Notes: a model not told the origin generated them from the letters alone. DNA of 64,000 nucleotides from the human T2T-CHM13v2.0 reference genome, Homo sapiens (GCF_009914755.1 NC_060926.1), one strand, 5' to 3'. Numbered from the stretch's first letter, positions 1-13,080 are shown. Made by a program: numbers and translations.

Positions 1-884
1 TGTTCAGTTCCACTCAAAACAGAGCTGAGTTGACAGAACGTGCCATCAGAGCTGGAAGCTCAACATCCGGGACACAGCATCAGAGATGTCTGTATTCTAA
101 CCAAGTTCCTCTCTTCAGTTTAAGCTAACCTCGAAGGGCCCAGCATTTCCATGCCCCACTGTGGGGTCTGCTTTGTAGCCTGAAATGAGATATTTGTCTC
201 CTTATTAATAACCTCACACTCTCTGAATGCATTTTAAAAGCTCACCCGGTTCAGCAACCTGTGGGCCTGTCTTTGTTATTGTTGGTTGGAGTCTTGCATA
301 CTTGACTTAAAAGTTAGCACCAAATGCAGCTTTATCTGATCAGGAAGGCATGAAATAGAAGGAATGGGTAAATTTCCTTTGCAAAGCAGACACCCCTGGA
401 TGTGTTTTTCATGCTAGAGATATGAATAAATGGCAGACGCTGGTTCTCACCAGGCAAAGTGAGTGCCAATGAGGTCACAGGGAGAGCAGTGAGCATGCAA
501 AGATGACAACAAGGACTCCATCTACCTGACCCAAGGGAAGGGACAGAGGAGACCTAGGAGGTAACCAGGGCATAAGTAATTATCTCCAGTGACAGAAAGC
601 CAGGGTTTGGTGAATGGTCAAGGTAAAGTGGAAAGGCAGGCCTTGAATTCAGGTCTCCTAACCCCTGGTCCTGTACCCCTTTCCTCTGCACATGCTGCTG
701 CCAACACTTGGATCCAAACTTGCACTTCGTAAAGGCAGAGAATATTCTGCTCATTAATGTGAGCTCAGGGCTTGGCATACAAATTCAAGAAATTCTTGTT
801 GAATTTCTTGAACTCTAGCTTGACTAAGGAGAGAGGCTGATCTTTATTAATTTGCTGAAGTAGGAACATAAAAAAGTTAAAACC

Positions 885-1412
885 CTTACAGTGCCTGCAG
901 TGCCATATATGAATCTGGCCCCTGTGATCTCTCTGACCTCACCCCCCTCTACTTCCCTCATTGCTCACTTCCCTCTAGCCACTCCGGCTATCTTGTTGTT
1001 CCTTAAACATGCCAGACATACTCGTGCCTTGGGGTCTTTGCACTGGCTGTTCCCTCTCCCTGGAATGACGTTTCCTGGATACCCTCATGGCTAATTTCCT
1101 CTTTTCCCTCAAGTTTATGTTCAAACCTTACCTTCTGTATAAGGCCTGCTCCAAACACCCTCCTTGAACATGTAACCCACCCCCGACTTCAGTATTTTCC
1201 TTCACTCTTAGGCCGCTCTGTTTTTTCTATGGCATTTTTTTGCTTTCTGTATGCGGTTTTTATTTTTTATGATTGCTATTTATTATCTGTTCATACCTAT
1301 TGGAATGCAAGTTCTATGATGGCAGGGATTTTTTAATTCATTGATGTACCCTACAGGCCTAGAATAGTGTCTGATATGTAGTAGACTCTCAATAAACGTT
1401 ACTGAATGAATG
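885..1412 (+). mobile_element. L2 LINE 3' fragment
   Basis: Typical L2 3' blocks: ctttgcactggctgttccctctccctggaatg ... cctagaatagtgtctgatatgtagtagactctcaataaacgttactgaatgaatg. Confidence 0.85.
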
Positions 1413-2719
1413 GTCTGCAAAGTTACAACATAATTTTATTTCATATAGAAGTTTTCTTTCTGGTCTATCCAAGTGCGAATAAGCTAAACTGTGATAGAAC
1501 CAAGACTGTCTTTGGTGCTATGGGGTTGTCAGGGAGCAGGGACTCTGTTGCCTTTGTCCAGGGCAGAAGGAACAGCTGTGGCCTGAGTCACTGATCTTTT
1601 CCCCCTGGGCCTGGGCCCTTTAACTCTAAATAAGGCTCCTGCAAACAGAAATAGAGAGGCAGATGGAAAAAAAAAAAAAAAAAGAATCACCCAACATGGT
1701 TAGATGTTCAGGGCGGCTCTCACATCTCAGGAGCAGTAAGGAATAGCACTGAGCATTCTATACACAGCAATTCCAGATGCTAAGGAAGGGACATGATGTA
1801 GCCCCAGGTCTACAAATGCAGCAGCGCAGGAGCCAGGACGGGGCCTCAGGAGCAGTCTGATGCAACAGATATTCAGTTCACTGGGCATGGCTTCTTCTAG
1901 TCCTCGGCCAAGTGGACTCTGAGCAGTGGGATAGGGATGTGGGGGGAGGTGGTGGGGGAAGAGAGGGTTGCCCAGAAGTTGTGGAATCTCAGCAAGGATG
2001 CCAAGCCAGAGGCTGGCTTCAAGCAGCCAGACGTCTGAATGGAGCAAGCTGGAGTCTTGGCCATTGTGGGGCTGAGGCCCTAGGCTGGCCAGTGGGGGCA
2101 GGACGCAGCAGGAACAGGAGCTGCAGCTCAGGAACCAGGCTAGCACTGTGCTCAGTTACCTGAAGAGTGGGACAGGCAGCTCAGGAGACCAAGTCTGGAG
2201 ACCCTCAGCATCCCCAACTGCAGCTCAGGCCTAGGCTGGGAAATGGGGACAAGCGGAGCCATGGCAGGAGAGGAGCCTGGAGCAGCTCCCGCTGTGGAAG
2301 CGGGAGGAACATGGAGCAGGGCAGCTGGGCTGGGCCAGGCCGACCCAGGTGCTGAAAGGCTTCTTACCCAGAGGAATGTCTGGGTCTAGTCCCTCTCCGT
2401 TTACCAAGGCACTGTGGGGAGAGGCGGCACGGGCTTTCAGAGTCAGGATCAAACTCCAGCCTCACCACAGAGCTGGGCAAGTTCTTACTATGCCAGGGCT
2501 TCCTCACTCTTTCCTCGCAGGAGTGCTGAAATAACTGAAGGAGAGCAGCTCCCAAAGCCTCCCCGGTGTCCTGGGGCTCCTTCCCCAGCGCTCTCTGGAT
2601 GACCAGGTCTCTGACCTCCTCCTGCCTGACCCAACCACAGCCCAGCCTAGGCAGCCTGGAGGACAGGGGACCGCAGCAGGCCTGGACCTGACAGCTGAGC
2701 TCCCTCCCCTCCCCCTTGC

Positions 2720-3125
2720 CTAGCCAGAGCTGGTTTATTTGAACTAAGAATTTAAATGTAAATATGCAACATCCCTTCCCCTCTGCCTCCGCTCAGCGGG
2801 AGGGAGCGTGTGTCCACCTCTGTCAGCTGCAGCAAGAGTGCCCTGTGCGCCCAGATCCTATCCACTTTGAAAAGAGCAGAAATATTAGACACAGCTAAAT
2901 AAGAAAACACAGATTATTGCTGGAGACCCCTAAGGCCTACTTTGTCTGTGCAATAGTTTGTTTTACTTTTCACAGAATTTATTTTGGCTGCAGCCAGATT
3001 GATGGTGATTATATCTGAAATCCTCCCACATATCTGTCACATAAACACTTCGTTTAATTCAGGTTTGTAAAACTCTATGGGCCAACGGGGAGCCAGCTTT
3101 TGGATTAATTAGCAGACGCTAATGC
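2720..3125. promoter_or_regulatory. Candidate enhancer
   Basis: AT-rich island in GC-rich flanks with FOX-like TGTAAATA and ATAAACA, GATTGATGG and GGATTAATTAG; motif inference only. Confidence 0.35.
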
Positions 3126-6031
3126 TGGGCATCTTGTCACATGGTCCAGCGGCTCAAAGGCTGAGGGCACAAGAGGGGCCGAGCAAGCGGCCCCGGCCCA
3201 TGTCTCAGGAGTTTGATCCTTTAGGCTGGTAAAGGAAAACCAAGGAAGATGTGGAAGGGGAAGAAGGCCGCTCACTGTCCAGCCTGGCTGGGGAAACAGA
3301 TTCCGGCCTGCAGAGTGAGCCAAAGTCTCCCATCCGGACCTAGCTAGAGGGGAGATATTCATATGCATTTTGAAGTCGATACAAAATAAACCCCCAGCTT
3401 CCTCAGAGTTTCTGTCGATAGCATCACTGGATCCGACACCTCCTGGGAAGGGGAAAAGCCTTAGGGGCTAGAGCTGGGGAGGGAAGCCCTGCTCAAGTCG
3501 CCGGGAGTGAATGCAGGGTCCAGAGCCTTGGCAGCGGTGGCTCTGATTCCCGAGACCCCCGGACCACCCACTCCCCAGTGGTTGCCCGGGCCCTGCCAGT
3601 GCTGGGCAGGATTTCCTTCTGTGTGATGGGAGCATGCCCCTAACAGGCTGCATATGCCCACCAGCTGTTGCTCTCTTTTGCCACTGCAGGCCAAGACAAG
3701 AAAAGCATTATTTCCTTCCTCCTTCTAATCTCCAGGCCTCACTAACTTCACAGGCCTGCTTTGGGCATTGTTCACTGGGAGTTTCTCTGGGGCGAGTTCC
3801 CCTTTGCGCAGAAAAGGCCCTTTTATTCCCCCCATTACATTTACCTTTCCCTTTAATATGGAGTTCTTCCACTAAGGGACTGTATGGAGAGTGTATAGGA
3901 CTTCAACGGGGATGCTGGATTTGGCTTTCAGAGGTTAATTACATCCTTACTGCTCCAGAAGCTGCTGTTCCATCTGCAGGAATGCTCCCAAGCCTGGGAG
4001 AACTCCTGTTAGCCAGAGAATGAACATGTTGCTGAATGCCTAAGCCTCCAGTCTTTAGATGAACTGTCTCGTTTAATTAAAAAAAAAAAAAACCCAGCCT
4101 AAGAGGTATTTTTGAACCCATTTTCACGCATGAAGATTCTGAATGGAGAGGTACATTCAGAATGGATTTGCAGGGGGTAAGCCAGCCAAGAAGTGGCTGA
4201 AACAGCACTGAGTCTGTGGCTACCTGAGTCCATGTTCTAATACAACCCACAAGGACTGGAAGTGAGGCTTCCTCATGCTTGTCTTTACTATGCCACTAAC
4301 CAGGATGGCCCAGATCAACTCCCCGGCCTTCACCAGACCTCGGTGTCCTTCTGTGTAAAGGAGGGGCGGGCAGCACCTCCCCAGGCCCTGGCTTCCAGGG
4401 CTTCCTGCCTTGATTCCACCTCCAAATAACCACAAGAACTGGACCATCCCCAGCTCCTCAACCTGCAGAGGGACCGGAGGCCAAAACCCAGCTCCAGCCA
4501 GATCCAGTTACTAACCAAACACTTGTCTTTCTTTCCGACTGAAACTGACTGAAACTGAACGTGCCTGTCTGTCGCTTAGGGCTCTCGACCAAGAGTGCTC
4601 GTTTTTAACCCTTTCACAGCAGCTATGTTTTCTGCAGTGCATAAAACACAAGGCACCGATTTGTCAGACATGACTCAGCTCAGACCTCACCTGGGGATAC
4701 CCTTTGAAAAGAGAGACCTGCAGGAGCCCAAGAGGGGCACATCATTTTTGGCTTAGCTTGTCCTAATTTTTCACTCCTGTTCCCTTTTGTAAATGGCACT
4801 TTGGAAGTGTCGATATTTCACCCTCCTTTTTAAAATAAAGGGTGCCATTGTTTAGAGGGCAGGAAAGGAGAAGCTAGTTTGGAGAGGAGAAGCGGTCTGG
4901 GACAGGAATCGGGATCGGGGTCATGTCTTGATACAGGCATGTATGTTCCCCAAAGGGAAGGTGGGCAGGGCCAGGGCTCCCTGTCAAGACCGGGGTAAGA
5001 ATTTTGTTCTTCTGTACTAATTTTTATAGGCTTCCAAGATTTTTAAAACTCCACCCCCAGCACCAAAAACAAACAAACAAAAAAGCAGCCTCTGGGGACA
5101 GTACTGTGGAAACAATGAGAATCCAAATTCCAAAACTCTTGAGTTCACCCCAGAATTAAGGACGTGATAGTCAAAGCCAGGAAGCAGTGGAGCCTGAGGG
5201 CTGGCCGCTGGGCTCAGAGGCCTAATTGTCAGACTGTGTTTCCAGATGCAAGCTTTCTGCCTTTGGCACGGACTTTTTCTATAACAAACTCACTTTGGGG
5301 TCATTCATCAGTGCATAAATGCACACCTGGGAGGTGGGGGGACAAGCTCCCATTTTTCTGGCTTTATAAATACGGAACTCACATTTCTCCAATTGACATT
5401 TGCAGAGGCATGATAGATTAGAGCGCCTTCCACCGCAGAGCAATTTCAAATAAACGCAAGTCTGCTGGTGCAGGCTGCAGCCATCCATAACCTGCAGAGG
5501 AAATAAGCCTTCCCTTCCAGCCTCTTCCTTTCAGGTAAGCAAAAGCAAAGAAACAAGCACGCAGAGGAGTTCCAGCTTCAAGCTTCCCACCCAACAAGGT
5601 CGGGGGAGGAAGGTGCAAACTCTCAGTTCCATTTGCTACTCAGCAAATGCGGTAAACTGAAGTCCAAAACACAGAACACTGAGGTCTCCAAGACCACCTG
5701 GGTACCAAAAAGGTAGAGTCCCCAGTGTCATTAGCAGTAGGAACCAAGGGCAACCTATATATGTTGGCCAAGTCGGTGGTTGTGCAAATGGAGGTTTAAA
5801 GCACTAGCAATGCTGCCTGACCCCAAATATTGTCTGCACCTGATACCCGGAATGACACCATTGGAGACGTATTTCTTTGTGTTAGCCATTCTCTTACTTA
5901 GGTTTCTCTTAGATTTCTCTTCCTTGAGCAAATGTGCCAAGTGGGAAAATACATTTGGCTCCCTAACTTCTCAGAGTGAATAAGTTCATCAAATCCCTTT
6001 TGAAAGAGGACCAGAAGGAGCCCTGACATTC

Positions 6032-6560
6032 CTTCATTCATTAAACAAAAATTGAGCATCTACTTTGCACCAGTGCTTTGCTAAATGCGCTAGGAAAACA
6101 AGGGTAAACAAAAGCAGACACAAGGGCCCAGTGCTGTGGTATGCACCTGTAGTCCCAACTACTTGGGTGGTCAAGGCAAGAGGATTGCTTGAGCCCAGGA
6201 GTTTGAGGTTACAGTAAGCCAGGATCACACAACTGCACTCTAGCCTGGGCGACAGAGTGAGACTGTATCTTTAAGAAAAAAAAAAAGCAGACATGTCTTT
6301 TGCCTCTATGAGCCTACAGCCTACTTCGGAAGACAGTCACACAATCATCCAAAGAACAGGAAACTATGACTGTGACAGGACGAAGAAGATAACCTGAAAG
6401 CCCATGATGGGGGTCAGGAAAGCTGTCCTGCCCTGGCAGGGTGATGGATGAACTTCTGAAGGATAACTCCTGGCTCCTCAAGCTAACTCCTGAAGGGTGA
6501 ACAAAGAGAGGGAAGGCACTCCTGGCAGAGAACAGCACAGGCAAAGGCCCGTGAGCATCC
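6032..6560 (-). mobile_element. L2 fragment, interrupted by an Alu monomer
   Basis: Starts with the reverse L2 tail ttcattcattaaacaaaaattgagcatctact and resumes after the Alu (gggaaggcactcctggcagagaacagcacaggcaaaggccc). Confidence 0.75.
6125..6286 (+). mobile_element. Alu right-arm monomer (FRAM/AluJ-like)
   Basis: ggcccagtgctgtggtatgcacctgtagtccc...cctgggcgacagagtgagac, then an A-tail; aaaagcagaca is present on both flanks (TSD). Confidence 0.85.
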
Positions 6561-7874
6561 CAAAAACATTGAAAGGGATTGGGGTGGGGATGGGGCAGTG
6601 TTGACAGACGCCTGTCTGGGTGGGAAGGAGCACCCAAAACAGAGGGGAGAGACAGAGGCAAGCATTGCCTACTTCATCTCCCTCCTCTGGCTGCAAAAGC
6701 CCCTCCTGGCTGCACCATATTCAAGGGGCAAATGTGATGGTGACCTGCGGGCAACGCTCCTGCAAAGGGCTGAGACAGTGAAACAACGTAAGTGTTAACC
6801 ACTATTAGCGACGAGGAGACTGAGCTTGGATGGAGCAGAGGCCAAGGCCAGCTGCTCTGTTCAGCTGAAGCTGCAGGGGCTGGCCTGTGCTGGTGGGTAG
6901 CTGGCATCCTCATCTGCTGAAGGCTCCCGGCTCGGAGCCTTTGCTTACTTCATTTATGATTCTCAGGAACTGACAGAGAAGCGCATACCTGGAATTTCTG
7001 TGCTGATAGCAGGCCTGATGCTCCCATCCCTACTCCCCCACCCACCACCTCGGGTGAGCCAGAAGCACACTTAGAATTTGACAGGCTGTCGTGGCCTCCC
7101 ACTTAATTATATTGTCACAAAAGCTTTCAGGGATTCCAAGGAGAGAACCCTCTTCAGGGAACTTGATTCTCCTTCCGAAGCATGCACTGGCTCTGTATAG
7201 CCCTCCCCTTACCACCCTGGGCTTTCCCTCTGAAAGCTCCAGAGACAGTTCAGCAAGTGCTCAGCAAGTGCCAGATTGGTATTGGAAGGGTGTCACAGGA
7301 AGTGGGTGGTGAGAGGGAGGCTCCTTCAGCTGTGTTCCCTCACACTCTTCTCTCCCAGTCATTCAAAGCTCAAGTCTTCATTTTCTGGGGCCTGTCAATG
7401 ATGGAGGTGGAGAAGCCACCATTACTGAAGTTCTAGAGAGAGCCCAAGAAGCGCTGGAGGTTCAGAGAGGTGAAGAGCCCCCTGCAGCTGGCCAGCAAGG
7501 CTTAGGTCTGTCCTATCCACTGACTGCAGCATCCTGCTGTTATTAATAATCAGGACCTAAAACTCTTCCATCCATATGGCTCCCTGCTGTTGGGAAGGTA
7601 TTTTCACATATGGCATATTATGGAAACTGCTCAAGAAGGCTACAGTTCTCCCAAAAAGTCTTCTTAGTTAGCAGTAGGGTTCGTTTTCTCACCTTTTCTT
7701 AAATCTCAAATTGTGAAAAAAGAAGGCTCCGCATACGCTGTCTCCATTTCATGACTTGCACATCTCCTTCCACATTGAGTGGAGCTGCTTTCAGTACAAT
7801 GACCACTAATGTTGCGGTTCTAATCCTGGGACCCTTCCTGAGTCCTCACTGGCTCTGCTGTATTTGTTCCTGTC

Positions 7875-8225
7875 ACCCACCAGCTTCCAATTCACCTCCA
7901 CCTCCTCCCAGGCCATCTTTTCCTAGTCCACCTCCTCCCAGTTTACCCCCTCCCAATCCACCATCTCCTCCTCCCTGTCCACCTCCACCTCCTCTCAGTT
8001 CACCTCTGCCTCCTCCCAGCTCATCTTCTCCTCCCAGCTCACCTTCTCCTCCTCCCAGTCCACCCTCACCTCTTCCGAGTCCACCTTTTCCTCCTCCTAG
8101 TCTACCTCCTCCCAATTCACCTCCTCTCAATCCACCTTCTCCTCCCAATCCACCTCAACCTCCTCCCCGTCCATCTTCTCCTCCCAGTCCACCTCCCACT
8201 CTGCCTCATCTTCCTGATCCACCAC
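7875..8225. repeat. C-rich degenerate tandem/low-complexity repeat, core (C)TCCTCCCAGTCCAC
   Basis: Repeated cctcccagtccac/cctcccaatccac units; source of the spurious 200-aa Pro-rich ORF. Confidence 0.9.
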
Positions 8226-9744
8226 ACCATACAGCTGTTTCAGGGCTCCAACCTGAATCCACCTTCGATTTGAAAACATTGCTGAATAACTGCAGCGGCC
8301 CCTTAAACAAATGTCATTATCCAAAGACAACAGACAACAACATACCTATGTAGAGATAAACATATGTGTGTTCTGTCTCCAAATCATTTTCAATAAATGT
8401 TGCCACAACACAGCTCAGCTATGTAGACGGTTTTTCAATCAATATTGCCTCAGGCTAGCAAATAAAGAAGGAAATCACTGGGAAATGCATTATTCATGAG
8501 CTCACCAGAGCGCTGATGACTGGCAGTGATAAAGGTCCCCGTGTGAGCAAGCAGCAGTCTGATAGCTCTGTATCAAGTCAATCTACCCAGCCTGCTTCCT
8601 GTTTTCGGGAGCAGGAGAGGGGAGATCAGTCCTCAACACTTTTCTCTTCCCTTTCATTTAGGAGAGTGGGCCCGTGCACCTGTGGGAACTGAACTTGTCT
8701 TTTGCTGAGGTCATGACACGTGGGGAACAGGATGGAGCAGAGGAAGGAGAGAACTGAATTCCCTCAGGGGACACCCTGATGAGAATTAATTAGAGGTCTG
8801 TCCTTGGTAGCTCTTCACCTCATACCTTCTAGTGAGCAAGAAAGAATCTCTCTCCACTTTTGAGAATTCTAATCGGCAAAGGGAAGTAATCACAGGACAT
8901 TCATCCATATAGAGCCTTTTTCTGGTGGAAAGCCTGAGCATAGAGCAAGTTCGGGATGCCCTGCACCCCTTATCAATTAGCTTTCCTAGCAGAGACATGA
9001 ATGAGGAAGGGGAGAGGGAGGGCTTCTGGGGCAGGGAATCCTGGGCTTACCCATGGATCCTCCACCGGCTCATTAAGTTACCTCGGACAAGGTGCTCCCC
9101 TGTACCTGGGCTTCTGAGTGCTCCCCTCCCGTTTTAAGTAAAAAGTCAGGAGCCCACAGCATCCAGAAAAGCGACCCAAATTTCTTTTGAAGTGTTGCAT
9201 GAGCTAGAGTGGGAGAGAAAGGGAAAACTGAGGGGTAAGAAAAAATTGTCATGTTCAAATTAAATTTCAAATCATTAACAATACACGCTCATGCATAACT
9301 CATATGCACCTGAGAAATGCATTATGTAAATGAACCCAAAGTTCCAAAGAGCACCAGTTCACACACTACCACACATGCAGGGGTTGTGAAACCCAGGGCT
9401 GTACCCGTAGAAGACACGAAGATTACAGAAAGAATGGTACCATGGGGTCACTTCCAGCCCTGCTAAAACAGCTATGGCCATAAGTTGTTGAGCTTCCAGA
9501 GGAAGGTAAGAGCCAGTTGTCTGATGTTATTTGTTGCAGGCCCCCACTCCACTGTCTGCTGGACTCCAGGCGGGTTGTGTGGCTGGTATATCTGGATAGC
9601 AGGGCCCAAGTCAGAGATCAAGGGATGCAGTTTCAAAGGAAGGGGGTTGGGCAGAACAAGGTCCAAGGGTCCAGTCCCCCACTTCCCAGGTGGAAGGGAG
9701 CCAAGGTAATATCATCACCTCTCAGTCCTGGCCAGAGAGGGGTC

Positions 9745-10236
9745 TGTGAAAAGGAAAATAAAATCTCGGGACCCTAAACTCACTATGCCAAAGGGAAGAG
9801 TTAAACTTGGGAACTGGGTCATGCAAAAACTGCCTTCCTTGTGTTCCCAAACAGATAGCTGTAATCTCACATGCTACTTTATCGCATGTAAAGCGTAGAT
9901 TCACTGAGCCAGCGAGGAATGCATAATCGACTTTCCCCCACTCCCTTCTTTTCAGGTGTAAAATGTAGATTCACTGAGCTGATCAGCACCTCACAGGAAT
10001 GTAACCACTTGCCTCATTGCCTACTCACTCTCCTTTTTTGTTGTCTTTTTTCTTCCCCTTCCACTTGCTCTGTCCCCTTTATATATTGAGGTTCACAAAA
10101 CCGTCTTTGGAAAAAGCACAGGACACAGATACCAACTACTGTGACTTGTGTTTCTTTTTCTCAGGCGTGTCCCTAACCTTGGCAAAATAAACCTCTAAAT
10201 CCACTGAGATCTGCCTCCATCACTTTGTGGTTGACA
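9745..10236 (+). mobile_element. Solo ERV1 LTR, MER4 group (MER4C-like)
   Basis: TG...CA termini; MER4-type start tgtgaaaaggaaaataaaatctcgggacc; AATAAA near the 3' end; exact 4-bp TSD ggtc (9741-9744 and 10237-10240). Confidence 0.9.
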
Positions 10237-10718
10237 GGTCACAGATGAGCGTGCAGGGTGAGTCAGAAGGTTCATGAGACAGAGCATGGGACAGCAATGC
10301 TCGGTCGTCATTCGGCCAAGAGACAGTGAATCTGCACAACCAACAAGGCCCCTCTTCCATAAGTCACACCACTTCTGTGAAAAGTCTGAGTTACAGATGT
10401 CTTTCTTTTTCATATTGCTTTGATATTTTCATATACACATAGGGCTTTGAATGAGGTTAACAAAGATTGACAAGTGGAAATCTTGTGGTTCCACTTCCCA
10501 AATAGAAAAAGATCATTGCTTATCATTGGCATAGTGGATACATTCAAGCATGTGTTCCTCAAGTGTGTGACAATTGTTCTTTTAATTGAGCTACCTTTCC
10601 TCCTGCAATCTTATTCATATGATGGCAGTTGCCTGAAGGAAAGGCTTGCAGCAATCTCAAGCACACAGAACTATGTTAATACCCATTGGGCAGCGACAAG
10701 AACAGCTGGGGATGAATA

Positions 10719-11358
<640 letters not shown>

Positions 11359-12009
11359 GACAACTGTAACGTTCACAAAGCTTGTACACTGTACTCTTTG
11401 GAAGCCCTTTAGCTTCCTGCACAGATGCCACATCTAAAAGCCAGAGCCAGGCAGCGAGAAGGACTGGCAGCAGTAATACATTGCCAGCCGGCCAAGAAAG
11501 TGCTACGGAAGCAGTTCTGCTATCTGTTTTCTTTCTGGGTCATGAATTTGGGTCCATTTAGCATGGGGTGGAAAACAACAATAACACAACAACAATAAAA
11601 ACCCTCTCCTTCCCTGAATCGTCCCAGGGTGTGTCCTATGTCACAAAAGAGCACCTTAAAAATCATCTGGTCTAGTGCTTCCCAAACTGGGGTTTCCCAG
11701 AACACTTTTTCTAAGAGAGGTTAATAGGTAGGCTGTTCTCACGGTTAAATTAGTTTGGGAAACATGCAGTCTACCTCCCATATATTCATAATGCTTATTG
11801 TAATATTGAAGATACTGAGAGGTATTGCAGTCAATTAACCTTCACTTTGATTTTTTCAGCATCTAACAAATTTATCCATTTTCTCCTTTTAGCACAGTCA
11901 ATAAAATACTGTAGAATGAAGTTATTTTGGTTAAATCCATATCTGCTCCCGCCCATCCTCCCTCTTCCCCTAACTTTGTTGTTCCCACCCACACATAACT
12001 TTACCAAAA

Positions 12010-12282
12010 TTTTTTTTTTTTTGAGACAGAGTCTCACTCTGTCACCCAGGCTGGAGTGCAGTGGTGCAATCTCAGTTCACTGCAACCTCCGCCTCCCAGG
12101 TTCAAGCGATTCTCGTGGCTCAAAGTTGTGTGCGGTCATGCCCGGCTATTTTTTGTATTTTTAGTTGAGACAGGTTTTCTCCATGTTGGCCAGGCTGGTC
12201 TGGAACTCCTGGCCTCAAGTGATCCACCTGCCTCGGCCTCCCAAAGTGCTGGGATTACAGGCATGAGCTACCGCGCCTGGCC
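12010..12282 (-). mobile_element. AluS element with an internal deletion/replacement
   Basis: Alu with TSD actttaccaa (11998 and 12283); the gcctcccgagtagctgggattacagg block is missing. Confidence 0.95.
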
Positions 12283-12365
12283 ACTTTACCAAGATCTTAA
12301 AAAGTTTAGGCGAATGTCCAGATGAAGCTCTCAGAACACCTGCTTGAAGAAGGCAGCTTGTTGGA

Positions 12366-12852
12366 TGTGGCTGATGGCTTTACTGACCCTAATCCTTCTC
12401 TCTTCCCCATGTCCACGCCCTTTACTGTATACTTTTGCAGTTCCTTTTCCCACACCTTTGACACTGAGTTTGGTCATGTGACTTGGTTTGACCAATAGAA
12501 ATGACAGTGCACCAGTTCCCAGTCAGGTTCTCAAGGGGCCTCTGTGATTCCTCCTGCTGTCCTCCGCCTGTGCTATTGCTGTGAGAACATGCCCAGTTAG
12601 CCTGCTGAAGGATGAGAGACATGTGGAGCAGATCCGAGCCACGCCCATCACCCCAGACAAGGCCAGCCCAGATCAGCCATGGCCAGCCAACCACCAGACG
12701 CGTTGAGTGAGTCCAGCCAAGCCAAAGTGCCTAGCCAACTCCCCACTGACCCCAGAGGCGTGAGCAGTAAACCTTGATTGTTGCATGCCCTTCAGGTTTT
12801 GTGTTTGCTTTTCATGCATCATGCGGCATTATTGAGGCAGTAGATCACTGGG
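12366..12852 (+). mobile_element. MaLR LTR (MLT1G/H-like)
   Basis: ggtcatgtgacttggtttgaccaatagaa; gagaacatgcccagttagcctgctgaaggatgagagacatgtggagcag. Confidence 0.7.
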
Positions 12853-12857
12853 TAAGA

Positions 12858-13080
12858 GAAAGAACATGGGCTTTGCAGCTGGTTATGTTAGATTCAAATC
12901 CTAGCTCCACTCTCTGTCAGCTGTGTGTACCTGAGCAAGTGATGCAACTTCTCTTAGCTTTAGCTTCCTCATCTTGAACAAAGATAACCTTAGAGCATGA
13001 TTATCAGGATTAACGGAGATCATGTAGGAAAGCTCCTAAAATAGTGCCTGGCACGTGGTAGGTAATCAGTGAATGTTACT
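12858..13080 (+). mobile_element. MIR SINE
   Basis: ttcaaatcctagctccact...cctgagcaagt...ttcctcatct...agtgcctggcacgtggtagg. Confidence 0.8.

Noticed and set aside
7875-8225. Common origin with the 55-kb VNTR (shared CAGTCCA core)
   Set aside because: Only a 7-nt core is shared in low-complexity C-rich sequence, and the periodicities differ.
7751-8353. 200-aa proline-rich ORF (extensin/formin-like)
   Set aside because: It is the translation of the C-rich simple repeat, with no domain or splice context.
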